Shown here one piece after another: positions 1-9,212 of a DNA stretch of 44,569 bases. The translations under genes were made by a program, and so were the position numbers. Location: positions 1 through 44,569 of the forward strand of contig PKSY01000107.1 of the NCBI GenBank assembly GCA_002869405.1. The letters run 5' to 3'. The notes beneath the pieces were generated by a model that ran no database searches, was not told where the DNA came from, and worked only from the letters and a program-made list of their open reading frames with translations. The stretch is from Marinilabiliales bacterium (GTDB taxonomy: Bacteria; Bacteroidota; Bacteroidia; Bacteroidales; BM520). Position 1 is the stretch's first letter. Every line of letters begins with the position of its first letter.

Positions 1-1529
1 GTATCCACAAGATTACGATATCTTTTTTCGGATTCTTCCAGCTTTTCGGAAAAGGATCTTTGCTTTGTAATATCCTTGGCAACACCGTGTAATTCTCCTA
101 CAGAAGCATTGTATATTGCCGACCATGCCAACAGTAGATAACTTCCATCCTTATGCCTGTATCTGTTTTCGAAATAAAAAGTTGTTTTGCCTTTTTCGAG
201 CTCTTTTAATTCATTAATCGTTGAGATTTTGTCTTCGGGATGGATAAATTCAATGATATTTTTGCCCAAACTTTCATCCCTAGAGTACCCAAGTGTTTCT
301 TCCCAACCCCTGTTAACTTTCTTTATAACACCATTTATGTTGCCAACAAGATGAATATTGACTGGCTGCTCAAAAAACATATTTACAGTATCAAATGCTT
401 TTTTTGCCTCAGTAGTATCCTTAACAAAACCCATGAAGCGTGTCTCAGATATTTTCACTGCCGAAACATACCAAAACCTTTTCTCTCCGGATTTAGTAAT
501 ATAACCCAGTTCTCCTTTGGCAAAACCCTTTTCCTTTACTTCCAGGAAGTGCCTAAAACCATTTTCAACATACTCTGGCTGTAATAAATCGGAAATTGAT
601 TTATTCACCAGCTCTTCGGCATCATATTCGGTTAATTTACATGCAGCAGGATTTACCTCCAGATATTGACCGTTTTCATCTGCAACAAACACTCCGTCAG
701 GAGCATTTTCAATATAGGACTTTAACTTTTGTTCACTTGCTTCTATACGGTTAAAGGCATTCATTCGCTCACTAATATTCCTTGCAATGCCATAATAATA
801 AGTCTCTCCATCCAGTAAAAATTTCTTCCCGCTAATTTCCATAGGAATAATATTCCCTGCTTTATAGGTATGAGTAGTCTCGAAAGTCCTCTGGGTATCA
901 AAAGGAAACTGACTCCAAAATTCCAGAAATGCATCAACGGGAAAGTTAGGATCAATAACATCAACTGTTTGCCCGATAATTTCATCTTTACTTTTTTCGA
1001 GCATGATAGTTGCCTGATGATTTGTATCGACAACTATTCCCTTTGCATTTATGAGATAAATGGCATCAACAGCAGTTTCAACAAGTTGCTTGTATCTGGT
1101 CTCACTCTCTTTCAGTTGTTGCTCAGTTACTTTCTTCTCTGTGATATCATTTGAAGATGATATAAGGGATATTAAGTCTCCATTGTCATCTTTAATAGCG
1201 CGAATTCTGGATTCAAGCCAGATGATTTTTCCGGTTTTATGAAATATCCTGTACTGAAGACTCAATGACTCTGCACCTAGCTTAAACTTTTCCACTGCAT
1301 CATACAAAAGGCCATGATCATCAGGAAAAACATTCTCCATAGGTTCAAACCGGTAATACTCTTCGGCAGAATACCCGGTATAATCTATAATGTTTGGTGA
1401 TACATAATTGAATTTCCCCGAAGGAAGCTGATACCGGATCAGGTCAGAGGTGTTTTCTGCCAAGAGCCGGTATAGAGATTCACTTTTCTTAACCTTTTCA
1501 AGCTCTTTCCGTAATTCACGTTCGTCATT
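1..1529 (-). CDS. Multi-PAS-domain sensor protein, N-terminal ~509 aa (C-terminus lies beyond the left window edge)
   Basis: A minus-strand frame is open from ATG 1529 down to position 1. It is missing from the ORF track because it has no stop in the window. My translation shows repeated PAS S-box-like blocks: KSESLYRLLAENTSDLI, KESETRYKQLVETAVDAIYLINAKG, EASEQKLKSYIENAPDGVFVADENG, and YGIARNISERMNA-type PAC ends. The start is uncertain; see the finding on 1497-1548. Confidence 0.8.
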
Positions 1530-1609
1530 ATTCAGAGAATTTGCCATAAAAATCCGTTAGGTATATACTCTATAAAAATACATATTATTTCAGAATTATA
1601 CGATTTGAT

Positions 1610-3553
1610 TCAAACAGGCAAACTAAAATAAAAAACCGAGCCATTACCTTGCTCACTTTCCACCCATATTTTTCCATTAAGCATCTCAACATATGATTTG
1701 CAAAGCGAGAGTCCTATCCCGGCACCCTGGTAAGCATTTATATCGGCAATATCTGCCTGAACAAAACGATCAAAAACAGCATCCTGCCGATCCTTCGGGA
1801 TACCAATTCCTGTATCTTTTACATAACACTCTATACCGGATTCGATTAAACGACAACCAATATTCACCTGGCCATTTTCCGTAAATTTTATTGCATTTCT
1901 GAGCAGGTTACAAAGGATAGTATTTACCTTATTGCGGTCAGTAAGTATTATTTCAGAAACATCGGGTAAAAAGCTGTCAATATGCAGGGTTAATCCTTTC
2001 TTTAACGCATCCGGCTTATAAAAATCATATAACTCTTTTAAAAGGTTGTTAAAATTGGTCTCTTCTTTCTTTACCTCAACTATGCCCGTCTCAATTTTAG
2101 AAATCTCTACAATATCATTCACGGTATTCAGCATTCTTTGTCCGCTTTGGTGAACGATTTTTATATACTCATCCTTCTCCTTACTTGTTAGGTCAGGCTC
2201 AAGAAGAAGTGCGGTAAAGCCAAGGATTCCATTCATCGGAGTCCGTATTTCATGACTCATATTAGCTAAAAATGCAGACTTAAGTCGATCGCTCTCCTCT
2301 GCTTTCTCTTTTGCCTCTGTTAATAGCGAGATATTGCTTTTTAGCTCAATATTTGCCATCTCTAATTCCTGAGTCTTTATTTGAACCTCCGACTTTAATA
2401 ATGCATTAAATCTTCTCTTTTCGATATAAATGTAAATAAATACTCCCAGTACAATGACAGCAATTAATAACAGCAACAGGATAATATCTTTTTTCTGTTC
2501 TGCATCAGAAAGTTTTATATCAGCAGCCTGTTTCTCCTTTATTGCTTTCTCGGTTTCATAAAGTGCCTGCATCTCCCCCACCTTTTGGCTTAACTCACCG
2601 GAAAAAAGCTCCTCACTCAACAAAAAAGCTTCATAGAGATATTGCTGAGCCATTTCATGGTTATCAGTAAGAATATAATGGATCGTTAAAAGCTTATAAT
2701 TATCCAGTAGCAACTCTTTATCCTGAAGTTTTTCAGATAAGGATATTGATTCCTGAAGATAGGGCAAGGCATTCTGAGGTTGATTAACAGCCAAATAATA
2801 CTCCGCCAGGTTATATGTCTTATAAGATATCTGTTGCTCATAATTTGCCTCGCGATCCAAGGCCAGTGCCTTTAAGCGATAAGGCAGGACTTTATCCAAT
2901 TCATCTTTCGCAAAATAGATATTGGCTATATTATTATAAACCTTTGAGAGATTCTCTGTGTTTTGCAAGTCCTCCAAAATTGCTTCAGATTTCAAAAAGA
3001 GTTCAAGCGCTTCATCAAAATTCCCCATTATGGCATGAACACTTCCAAGACCGATATACGACCATCCTATTTCGGCAGGGTCACCCAACTCAATCTTTAG
3101 CGCAACCGATTCTTCCATCATCTCCAGGCTTCGCTCCGGTTGTTTAAGATAGAAGTATGTTCTCCCAAGCACCTCCAGTGCTCTGGCTTTAAATTTCTTA
3201 TCATCCAGAGAATCATAAATCTGTATCGATTTTTGCAAACTATATACTGCCTTATCATAATTTCCGGCATCCGTGTAGGCTGCTCCTGCTGAAAGATGCG
3301 CTGAAGCTTCACTGTTTGGATCGTTCTGTTCTATGGCCAGCATTAACCACGCCTGTGAATATTCAATTCTATCTCCGGATGGAAGATTTCTTTGATTTGA
3401 AAGCGCAATATATGCTTCAAGCCTGACCTTGGCATCATCAGAATGCGTAAGCATTTTCAAGCTATCAATGTTACTTCCATAAATATCGAAAGCAGAAAAT
3501 AATAGAAAAAATATGGTGACTGCGCAAATGGATATGGTTGTACGGATTTTCAT
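1610..3553 (-). CDS. TPR-repeat sensor histidine kinase
   Basis: 647 aa ORF. It has an N-terminal signal/TM, TPR-like repeats, a central TM (ILLLLLIAVIVLGVFIYIYI) and a coiled coil. The HisKA H-box is SHEIRTPMNGILG. The HATPase_c boxes are NLLRNAIKFT, DTGIGIP and GAGIGLS. Confidence 0.9.
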   Translation of the reverse strand: MKIRTTISICAVTIFFLLFSAFDIYGSNIDSLKMLTHSDDAKVRLEAYIALSNQRNLPSGDRIEYSQAWLMLAIEQNDPNSEASAHLSAGAAYTDAGNYDKAVYSLQKSIQIYDSLDDKKFKARALEVLGRTYFYLKQPERSLEMMEESVALKIELGDPAEIGWSYIGLGSVHAIMGNFDEALELFLKSEAILEDLQNTENLSKVYNNIANIYFAKDELDKVLPYRLKALALDREANYEQQISYKTYNLAEYYLAVNQPQNALPYLQESISLSEKLQDKELLLDNYKLLTIHYILTDNHEMAQQYLYEAFLLSEELFSGELSQKVGEMQALYETEKAIKEKQAADIKLSDAEQKKDIILLLLLIAVIVLGVFIYIYIEKRRFNALLKSEVQIKTQELEMANIELKSNISLLTEAKEKAEESDRLKSAFLANMSHEIRTPMNGILGFTALLLEPDLTSKEKDEYIKIVHQSGQRMLNTVNDIVEISKIETGIVEVKKEETNFNNLLKELYDFYKPDALKKGLTLHIDSFLPDVSEIILTDRNKVNTILCNLLRNAIKFTENGQVNIGCRLIESGIECYVKDTGIGIPKDRQDAVFDRFVQADIADINAYQGAGIGLSLCKSYVEMLNGKIWVESEQGNGSVFYFSLPV

Positions 3554-3896
3554 TTCTCCACTTTTTAATTACTTCAATAGTTGGCTTTGGCTGTATATTG
3601 CACAATACACAAACCCATCAAAGTTTGCGTATCTTTTATATTAAGGATTCAAAGGTTAAAAATACAAAAAATAAAATTGTTGTCACAGCCCACTAATGAT
3701 TTTCTAAAAAACACATAAATATGCATGTAACCATTTACTGTGCATCTCGTCACTCCAGACATCAAAACCACTCATTATGAAGCTGCCAATGGGTATTGAT
3801 ATTGGCAGCGATATACTGAAGCACTTTACCATCACAATAGACAGAACAGAAAACCGGAATCTCTTAATCTTTCATAAATGACAGGATTTTTTAAAT

Positions 3897-3904
3897 TACC
3901 TTTG
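3897..3904 (+). promoter_or_regulatory. Candidate Bacteroidota -7 promoter box (TACCTTTG = TAnnTTTG) for the GH47 gene
   Basis: Exact TAnnTTTG match 21 nt upstream of ATG 3925. This is a motif match only. Confidence 0.35.
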
Positions 3905-3924
3905 AAGCGTAAAAATCTTATCCA

Positions 3925-5370
3925 ATGAAAACATTCCTGTTATTTACTACTACCATTATTCTATTTTCATCATGCATAAACAGCACCACTGAATCGGAAA
4001 ATAAAAATCCGGACCTTGCTCTTGCCAACGAGGTAAAATCTGAATTCATACGAAGCTGGGAAGGGTATAAAACTTATGCCTGGGGGCATGATGTATTGCT
4101 CCCGCTATCCAAAGGCTATAAAGACTGGTACGAAGAGTCTCTTCACATCTCTCCTATTGATGCATACAGCACAATGAAGGTGATGGGTCTGGAAGAATAT
4201 GCGGAAGAGATTGAAGACTATATCATTGATAGTGTAAGTTGGGATAAGGATCTTTTTGTAAAGACTTTTGAAGTCAACATAAGAATCCTTGGCGGGATGC
4301 TGGCCATGTATGAGTATACCGGGAACACGCAGATTCTGGATAAAACTGAAGATTTCGGACGACGCATGCTGAAGGCATTTGATTCTCCAACAGGAATTCC
4401 ATACTACTGGTTTAACCTGAGAACAGGTGAAGCAAAAGGTGACAGGGTTAATATTGCTGAAGCCGCAACCTACATTTTCGAGATGGGAATTTTAAGCTAT
4501 TATACAAAGAACCCGGTCTATTATCAGGCAGCGAAAAGGGCAAACCTGGCGATATGGGATCGTGTTTCTGAAATCAACCTTGTTGCTGAGGTTATCAATG
4601 TAGAAAGTGGTGAATGGATGAATAACACAAGCCACATAGGTGCCGGAATAGACTCCTATTATGAATATCTGCTAAAGGCATATCTGATGTTTGGCGATGA
4701 AGACCTGAAACCCATATGGGACAAAAGCATCGAGGCAGTTAATAAATACCTTGTGGAAGAGAGCGACACGTCATTCTGGTATAAGCGTGTGGACATGAAT
4801 ACCGGCATGAAAAAGACACACCTGATGTATGCCGATAACGATGAAATCAGAGAAGGTGGAATAGTTACCCTTTATGATGCGTTTATGCCGGCAGTACTGG
4901 CATTAAATGGTGATTTTGAAAGAGCAGAGAAAAACCAGGCTACATGGGACTGGCTTTGGAACCGTTATGGGCTGGAACCAATGGTTTATGACTTTAACGC
5001 AGCAAAACCCACCTACCCTGTATATGATCTCAATCCGGAAATCATTGAATCAGCATATTATTTGTATCACTTCACGGGTAAGGAAAAGTATTATAACATG
5101 GTAGTTCAATATTGGTCAGATATTAAAGAATATTGCAAAACAGATATCGCCTTTTCTTCAGTTGCCAATGTGGAAACCATGGAGAAGAAAGACTATATGG
5201 CTACCTTTTTCTTTGCGGAAACAATGAAATATCTCTACCTGACATTTTCACATCACACCGGAGCATTTGTGCTCGATGACTATATATTTAACACGGAGGC
5301 GCATCCTTTCCTGAAAAGTAATTTTGATCATGAGAAAGTAAAAGAATATTTAGGTTTACAAGCGATGTGA
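3925..5370 (+). CDS. Glycoside hydrolase family 47 (class I alpha-1,2-mannosidase-like) lipoprotein
   Basis: 481 aa. Lipoprotein-type signal (ILFSSC). GH47-like blocks: EVNIRILGGMLAMYE, DSYYEYLLKAYL, FFFAETMKYLYLTF. Confidence 0.8.
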   Translation: MKTFLLFTTTIILFSSCINSTTESENKNPDLALANEVKSEFIRSWEGYKTYAWGHDVLLPLSKGYKDWYEESLHISPIDAYSTMKVMGLEEYAEEIEDYIIDSVSWDKDLFVKTFEVNIRILGGMLAMYEYTGNTQILDKTEDFGRRMLKAFDSPTGIPYYWFNLRTGEAKGDRVNIAEAATYIFEMGILSYYTKNPVYYQAAKRANLAIWDRVSEINLVAEVINVESGEWMNNTSHIGAGIDSYYEYLLKAYLMFGDEDLKPIWDKSIEAVNKYLVEESDTSFWYKRVDMNTGMKKTHLMYADNDEIREGGIVTLYDAFMPAVLALNGDFERAEKNQATWDWLWNRYGLEPMVYDFNAAKPTYPVYDLNPEIIESAYYLYHFTGKEKYYNMVVQYWSDIKEYCKTDIAFSSVANVETMEKKDYMATFFFAETMKYLYLTFSHHTGAFVLDDYIFNTEAHPFLKSNFDHEKVKEYLGLQAM

Positions 5371-5564
5371 TTATTTTAACTTCAAATGATAAAAAATTCT
5401 ATCAGATAACTCTATTTAAATACACTGTATATTTCAGATAGGATAGGATAATAGAAGTTTTTTTGGCTGTCCGTAATATCACTTTCAGCCATTTTTTGAA
5501 TTCCAAATGCTTTTTTGTGAAACAAAACCGCTTTATTTCGGTCTCAATAATTAAATCTTTGAAC

Positions 5565-6422
5565 ATGGAATTCAAAATTAACTCATTGGAAAAAATCTCA
5601 TTCGGCCAACTGTTTAATGCCTTTAGTAAAGCATTTAAAGATTATGAGATGCAGGTTACCCATGATGAATTGTATAAAATGATTCACCGCCGGGGTTATA
5701 ATGCAAAATTATCCTTCGGGGCTTTTCATAACAATGATTTAGTCTCTTTTACGCTTAACGGTACAGGAATATACAACGACCTCTTTACCGCATATGACAC
5801 GGGGACAGGCACATTGGAATCCTTCCGCGGGAATAAACTGGCAGGAAAAATCTTTAATCACAGCATTTCGTTTCTTAAGGATGCCGGCGTAAACCAATAT
5901 CTTCTTGAAGTTCTTCAGCATAACAAAACAGCAGTAAAAGTTTATAAGGATTTTGGGTTTAAGGTATCACGTGAATTCCTGTATTATGTTTTACCTGAAA
6001 AAACAATTGATTACAAGCATAATATTTCTGCTAAAGCAGTAGAGATAACCTCAATCACCTTAGAACAATGCATTAATAATAAGAACTTTAATGATTACGA
6101 GCCTTCCTGGCAAAACAGTTTCGAATCTATCAGCAGAGACCTGAATAGTTTCAGAATCAGAGGGGTTTTAATAAATAGTGAGCTTGCAGGATATTGCATA
6201 TCTGAACCGACAACCGGAGATATCACACAGCTTGCAGTTCATAAAGAGTACCGCCGAAAGGGAATAGGATATTCACTTCTTAAGGATGCAATTGAAGGCA
6301 TAACACATCATTCCTTTAAAATAATTAATATTGATACAAGATGTCAAAGTATGGTTTCATTTCTTTCATCACTCGGTATTGAACCAAAAGGAAAGCAATA
6401 TGAAATGATTTTAGAGTTATGA
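5565..6422 (+). CDS. GNAT family N-acetyltransferase (two GNAT-like halves)
   Basis: The track ORF 5463..6422 begins at a TTG. The first ATG with a sensible N-terminus is 5565 (MEFKINSLEK). The acetyl-CoA-binding-type block is QLAVHKEYRRKGIGYSLL. Confidence 0.7.
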   Translation: MEFKINSLEKISFGQLFNAFSKAFKDYEMQVTHDELYKMIHRRGYNAKLSFGAFHNNDLVSFTLNGTGIYNDLFTAYDTGTGTLESFRGNKLAGKIFNHSISFLKDAGVNQYLLEVLQHNKTAVKVYKDFGFKVSREFLYYVLPEKTIDYKHNISAKAVEITSITLEQCINNKNFNDYEPSWQNSFESISRDLNSFRIRGVLINSELAGYCISEPTTGDITQLAVHKEYRRKGIGYSLLKDAIEGITHHSFKIINIDTRCQSMVSFLSSLGIEPKGKQYEMILEL

Positions 6423-6432
6423 TGAAGGCAAA

Positions 6433-7062
6433 TCAATGTCCGGCAAAAATCAAACTTAACCCTAAAAGCACTAAAACTGCGACCTTACCCCATTTTGCAA
6501 AAGTCTGAAATTTGGGACGATTGAAAAATCGGGCAAAACGTCCTGCCAGCATTGAAACCATCACGAAAATCAAAAATGCCTGAATAATAAACACCCATCC
6601 CAGGATAATCATCTGCCACATGGGAGAGATTCCTTCGTATACTATAAATTGCGGAAGAAAAGCAATAAAAAAGAGTGCAACTTTAGGGTTCAGGATATTC
6701 ATAAAAAAACCTTTTCGGAAAAGCTGAAAAAAAGTCCTGTCATCAATCACTTTGCCTGCACCCTGATCCAGCGTAAGTTGCTTCTCCTGTGATGCCGACC
6801 AGGCAAGAAAAAAGAGATACCCGGCGCCAAGGTATTTTATCACAGAAAAAACAATTTCTGATTGCTGAATAATTAGCGACAATCCTGTAGCAGCCAATGT
6901 AGTGTGAATCAGAACTCCGGTCACCAGACCCACGGCGACAGAAACTCCGGTACGCAACCCTTTTGTCAGGCTCTCCGTCAGTACATATATTATATCGGGA
7001 CCGGGCATCAACGTTAACAATATTGAAGCTCCGGCAAATGATAAAATCTGAGTGATAGTCAT
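6433..7062 (-). CDS. LysE/RhtB family amino-acid exporter
   Basis: 209 aa with about 6 TM segments. The N-terminal block LTLMPGPDIIYVL is typical of LysE-type translocators. Confidence 0.85.
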   Translation of the reverse strand: MTITQILSFAGASILLTLMPGPDIIYVLTESLTKGLRTGVSVAVGLVTGVLIHTTLAATGLSLIIQQSEIVFSVIKYLGAGYLFFLAWSASQEKQLTLDQGAGKVIDDRTFFQLFRKGFFMNILNPKVALFFIAFLPQFIVYEGISPMWQMIILGWVFIIQAFLIFVMVSMLAGRFARFFNRPKFQTFAKWGKVAVLVLLGLSLIFAGH

Positions 7063-7301
7063 ATTTTTTTTATTTCTTCAAACCTTTAACAAAAACTGTA
7101 ACGCAAGATAGTAATTATAGTCAAATGCATCAAATCTTATCCCACATGAAGATAAATTTTCGCAAAGGAAAACTACCCCAGAATTTCCGGGCATTAGGAT
7201 ATATATCCTTTATTGGGGGCATTGTTGCATTTTTTAATATTGGTATTGTTGCATCATTAATATCTCTTTTTTGATTAATCCTGATCTCGGTAATAGATGG
7301 T

Positions 7302-7601
7302 ATGATTATAAATACTGATGAGTTATTGCTAAAGGAGTATATCTCAGTACTGTTCGTGAAATTCGGAAAATGGAGAAGTATTAAGAATCCATCTGAATTG
7401 CAAATTTTTAAATCCATGGAATCACAAACCATGAGTGTTCTGTCAATTACACGTCAGGATGTAAGAGAAACCTACAATTTGTTTCTTATTACACAGCAAG
7501 AAGAGATTGCTTTGTATAATGGAGAAAAAAATATAGCTATTGAGAAGGGCAGAATATTGTCCAAAGCATTAAATATAGATCTGAATATAGATGAGGAATA
7601 A
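7302..7601 (+). CDS. Hypothetical small protein (99 aa)
   Basis: I recognised no motif. Its stop overlaps the first ATG of the next ORF by 11 nt (ATGAGGAATAA), the same coupling geometry seen in the ole-like operon. This favours it over the overlapping antisense ORF 7130..7432. Confidence 0.3.
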   Translation: MIINTDELLLKEYISVLFVKFGKWRSIKNPSELQIFKSMESQTMSVLSITRQDVRETYNLFLITQQEEIALYNGEKNIAIEKGRILSKALNIDLNIDEE

Positions 7602-8415
7602 AAACATAATAAATATGAGAAAGAATACTATTTTAATATTAATGCTGTTTTTCGGAACATGCATTTCTGCGCAGAGTATTTCTACTGATCATGAGCCTGA
7701 GATTTCCGTTCCCGGCTTATATATTGGTATAGAATCCGGAATTAAAACCTTCAACACTTTTGAAAAAGAGCACGAATTCATCCGTGAATCGGCATCATAC
7801 TACTATGGATATTCATACAGATATTCTGCATTATCACTTATGTCATTATCTTATTATGCCTCAATCAATGCCGAGTACAGGATGTTGGACAATCATCTGT
7901 GGGTATCCGGAGGAATCAGCTATTCAACGATGAATGCCTCTATTGCAAAATATTCCGGTTCTGACAGTCATCCCGACTATTTTTACGTACTTCTAAATCA
8001 GCAGGATAATGAATCATATTATTACCGTATTTCAGAACTTCGGTTTTTAAGTCATTATATAGGTATTCCGCTGGATTTTAATTTTGCACCTATAACCTCA
8101 AAATACTTTCAACTTTACGGAAAAATCGGAATGGATCTGAATTTTAGGGTTAATACAAACAAAAGGGCAACTTTCTATAACGAAGAGATGAATTCTTATG
8201 AACCGGAGGTTTTGGCTCTTTTTGAAGACCCTCAAAACTTCTATGCTTTAGCCGGGTTCGGTGGCGGGCTCCAAATCGGACAGAAAAACAAACCCAATAT
8301 CCGCTTTGAGATGGATTTACTCTCGTTTGTGCTTACTCCTGATGCTTTATCACTGGTTGAACAGAATGTAGCATTCGGTGGAAATATCTCTTTTCTAATT
8401 CCTTTAAATAAATAA
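7591..8415 (+). CDS. Outer-membrane beta-barrel (porin-like) protein of unknown function
   Basis: 274 aa. Signal peptide MRKNTILILMLFFGTCISAQ (alternative start 7615). Alternating aromatic/Gly-rich beta-strand pattern throughout. Confidence 0.6.
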   Translation: MRNKNIINMRKNTILILMLFFGTCISAQSISTDHEPEISVPGLYIGIESGIKTFNTFEKEHEFIRESASYYYGYSYRYSALSLMSLSYYASINAEYRMLDNHLWVSGGISYSTMNASIAKYSGSDSHPDYFYVLLNQQDNESYYYRISELRFLSHYIGIPLDFNFAPITSKYFQLYGKIGMDLNFRVNTNKRATFYNEEMNSYEPEVLALFEDPQNFYALAGFGGGLQIGQKNKPNIRFEMDLLSFVLTPDALSLVEQNVAFGGNISFLIPLNK

Positions 8416-8419
8416 GACC

Positions 8420-9025
8420 ATGAAAAATATCCTGTTCATATTCACCATATCATTACTCATTGTTACGGGCTGCTCAAAAGAATCTGAATTAAATGATTCT
8501 ATCTATATTCCCGACTCAGACTACTCGAATCTACCGGCCTATACAGAATGGGGGTATAACACATTCGGAGTGATTTGGGAACGCAAATATTTCACCTATT
8601 CCACCGATGAAATTCCGCTCAAAATCATCAAAAACGACAGCACTATCTCATTACTTTTTCAGGGATACAATCCTTATGACTACAGTTATGGCAACTACAT
8701 GGCTCTTAAATTCACCTTCATTGATTCGGAGATAAACGAATACACTGATTTACTTTCCTATAATGACCATATCATCAATTTTATCGATGAAGACGTTAAA
8801 GTTGAGATGACACTTGGCGACACAGAAGAGCTTCAAATCCTTGATGGCGAAATTCATTTCAAAAGAGCTCAGAAACTTTTCGTAGATGATGAAGAGGAGC
8901 AAATTATTCTTTCGGGAACATTTTCACTGAAATTCCTACAAAATTCAGTTCCTGAAAGTATGACCAACGGCAGATTTGACTTTGGCATTAACGATGATAT
9001 CTTCTACGATCTTAGCGGAAAATAG
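8420..9025 (+). CDS. Hypothetical lipoprotein
   Basis: 201 aa. Lipobox LLIVTGC. Starts 4 nt after the previous ORF. Confidence 0.6.
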   Translation: MKNILFIFTISLLIVTGCSKESELNDSIYIPDSDYSNLPAYTEWGYNTFGVIWERKYFTYSTDEIPLKIIKNDSTISLLFQGYNPYDYSYGNYMALKFTFIDSEINEYTDLLSYNDHIINFIDEDVKVEMTLGDTEELQILDGEIHFKRAQKLFVDDEEEQIILSGTFSLKFLQNSVPESMTNGRFDFGINDDIFYDLSGK

Positions 9026-9166
9026 GATGTAATAAGGAAAGAACTCCGGAAGGCTGTTTTTACTATGGCGGAAGTCAGAGCAGTTAATATTTATGCATAA
9101 TTCGTTGTAAGAAATCCTGTCACACGGCGAAGCAATTATTTATTTGGACTGGATTGTTACTTTGTG

Positions 9167-9174
9167 TACTTTTG
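9167..9174 (+). promoter_or_regulatory. Candidate -7 box (TACTTTTG) with an upstream TTTG (9143-9146) for the GH3 gene
   Basis: TAnnTTTG match 39 nt upstream of ATG 9213. The TTTG lies 20 nt upstream, matching the -33/-7 spacing of Bacteroidota promoters. Confidence 0.4.
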
Positions 9175-9212
9175 ACACTATCAAAATAACACGGGATTTA
9201 TAATTAACAATT

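Noticed and set aside
3708-3881. Short open frame (…MKLPMGIDIGSDILKHFTITIDRTENRNLLIFHK) containing a 9-bp inverted repeat (GCTGCCAAT…ATTGGCAGC, 3782-3809); it faintly resembles the C-terminal end of retropepsin-like aspartyl proteases
   Set aside because: It is too short and the similarity too weak to call a gene relic without a database search. It lies in the divergent promoter region between the kinase and GH47 genes. The inverted repeat could equally be an operator.
5463-5564. N-terminal 34-aa extension of the GNAT ORF in the track
   Set aside because: It starts at a TTG and encodes an implausible leader (MAVRNITFSHFLNSKCFF...). ATG 5565 gives a normal GNAT N-terminus.
7130-7432. 100-aa minus-strand ORF upstream of the LysE gene
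   Set aside because: It is low-complexity and Asn/Ile-rich, has no motif, and spans the non-coding direct repeats. It also overlaps the plus-strand ORF, which has a translational-coupling signature. I cannot fully exclude it.
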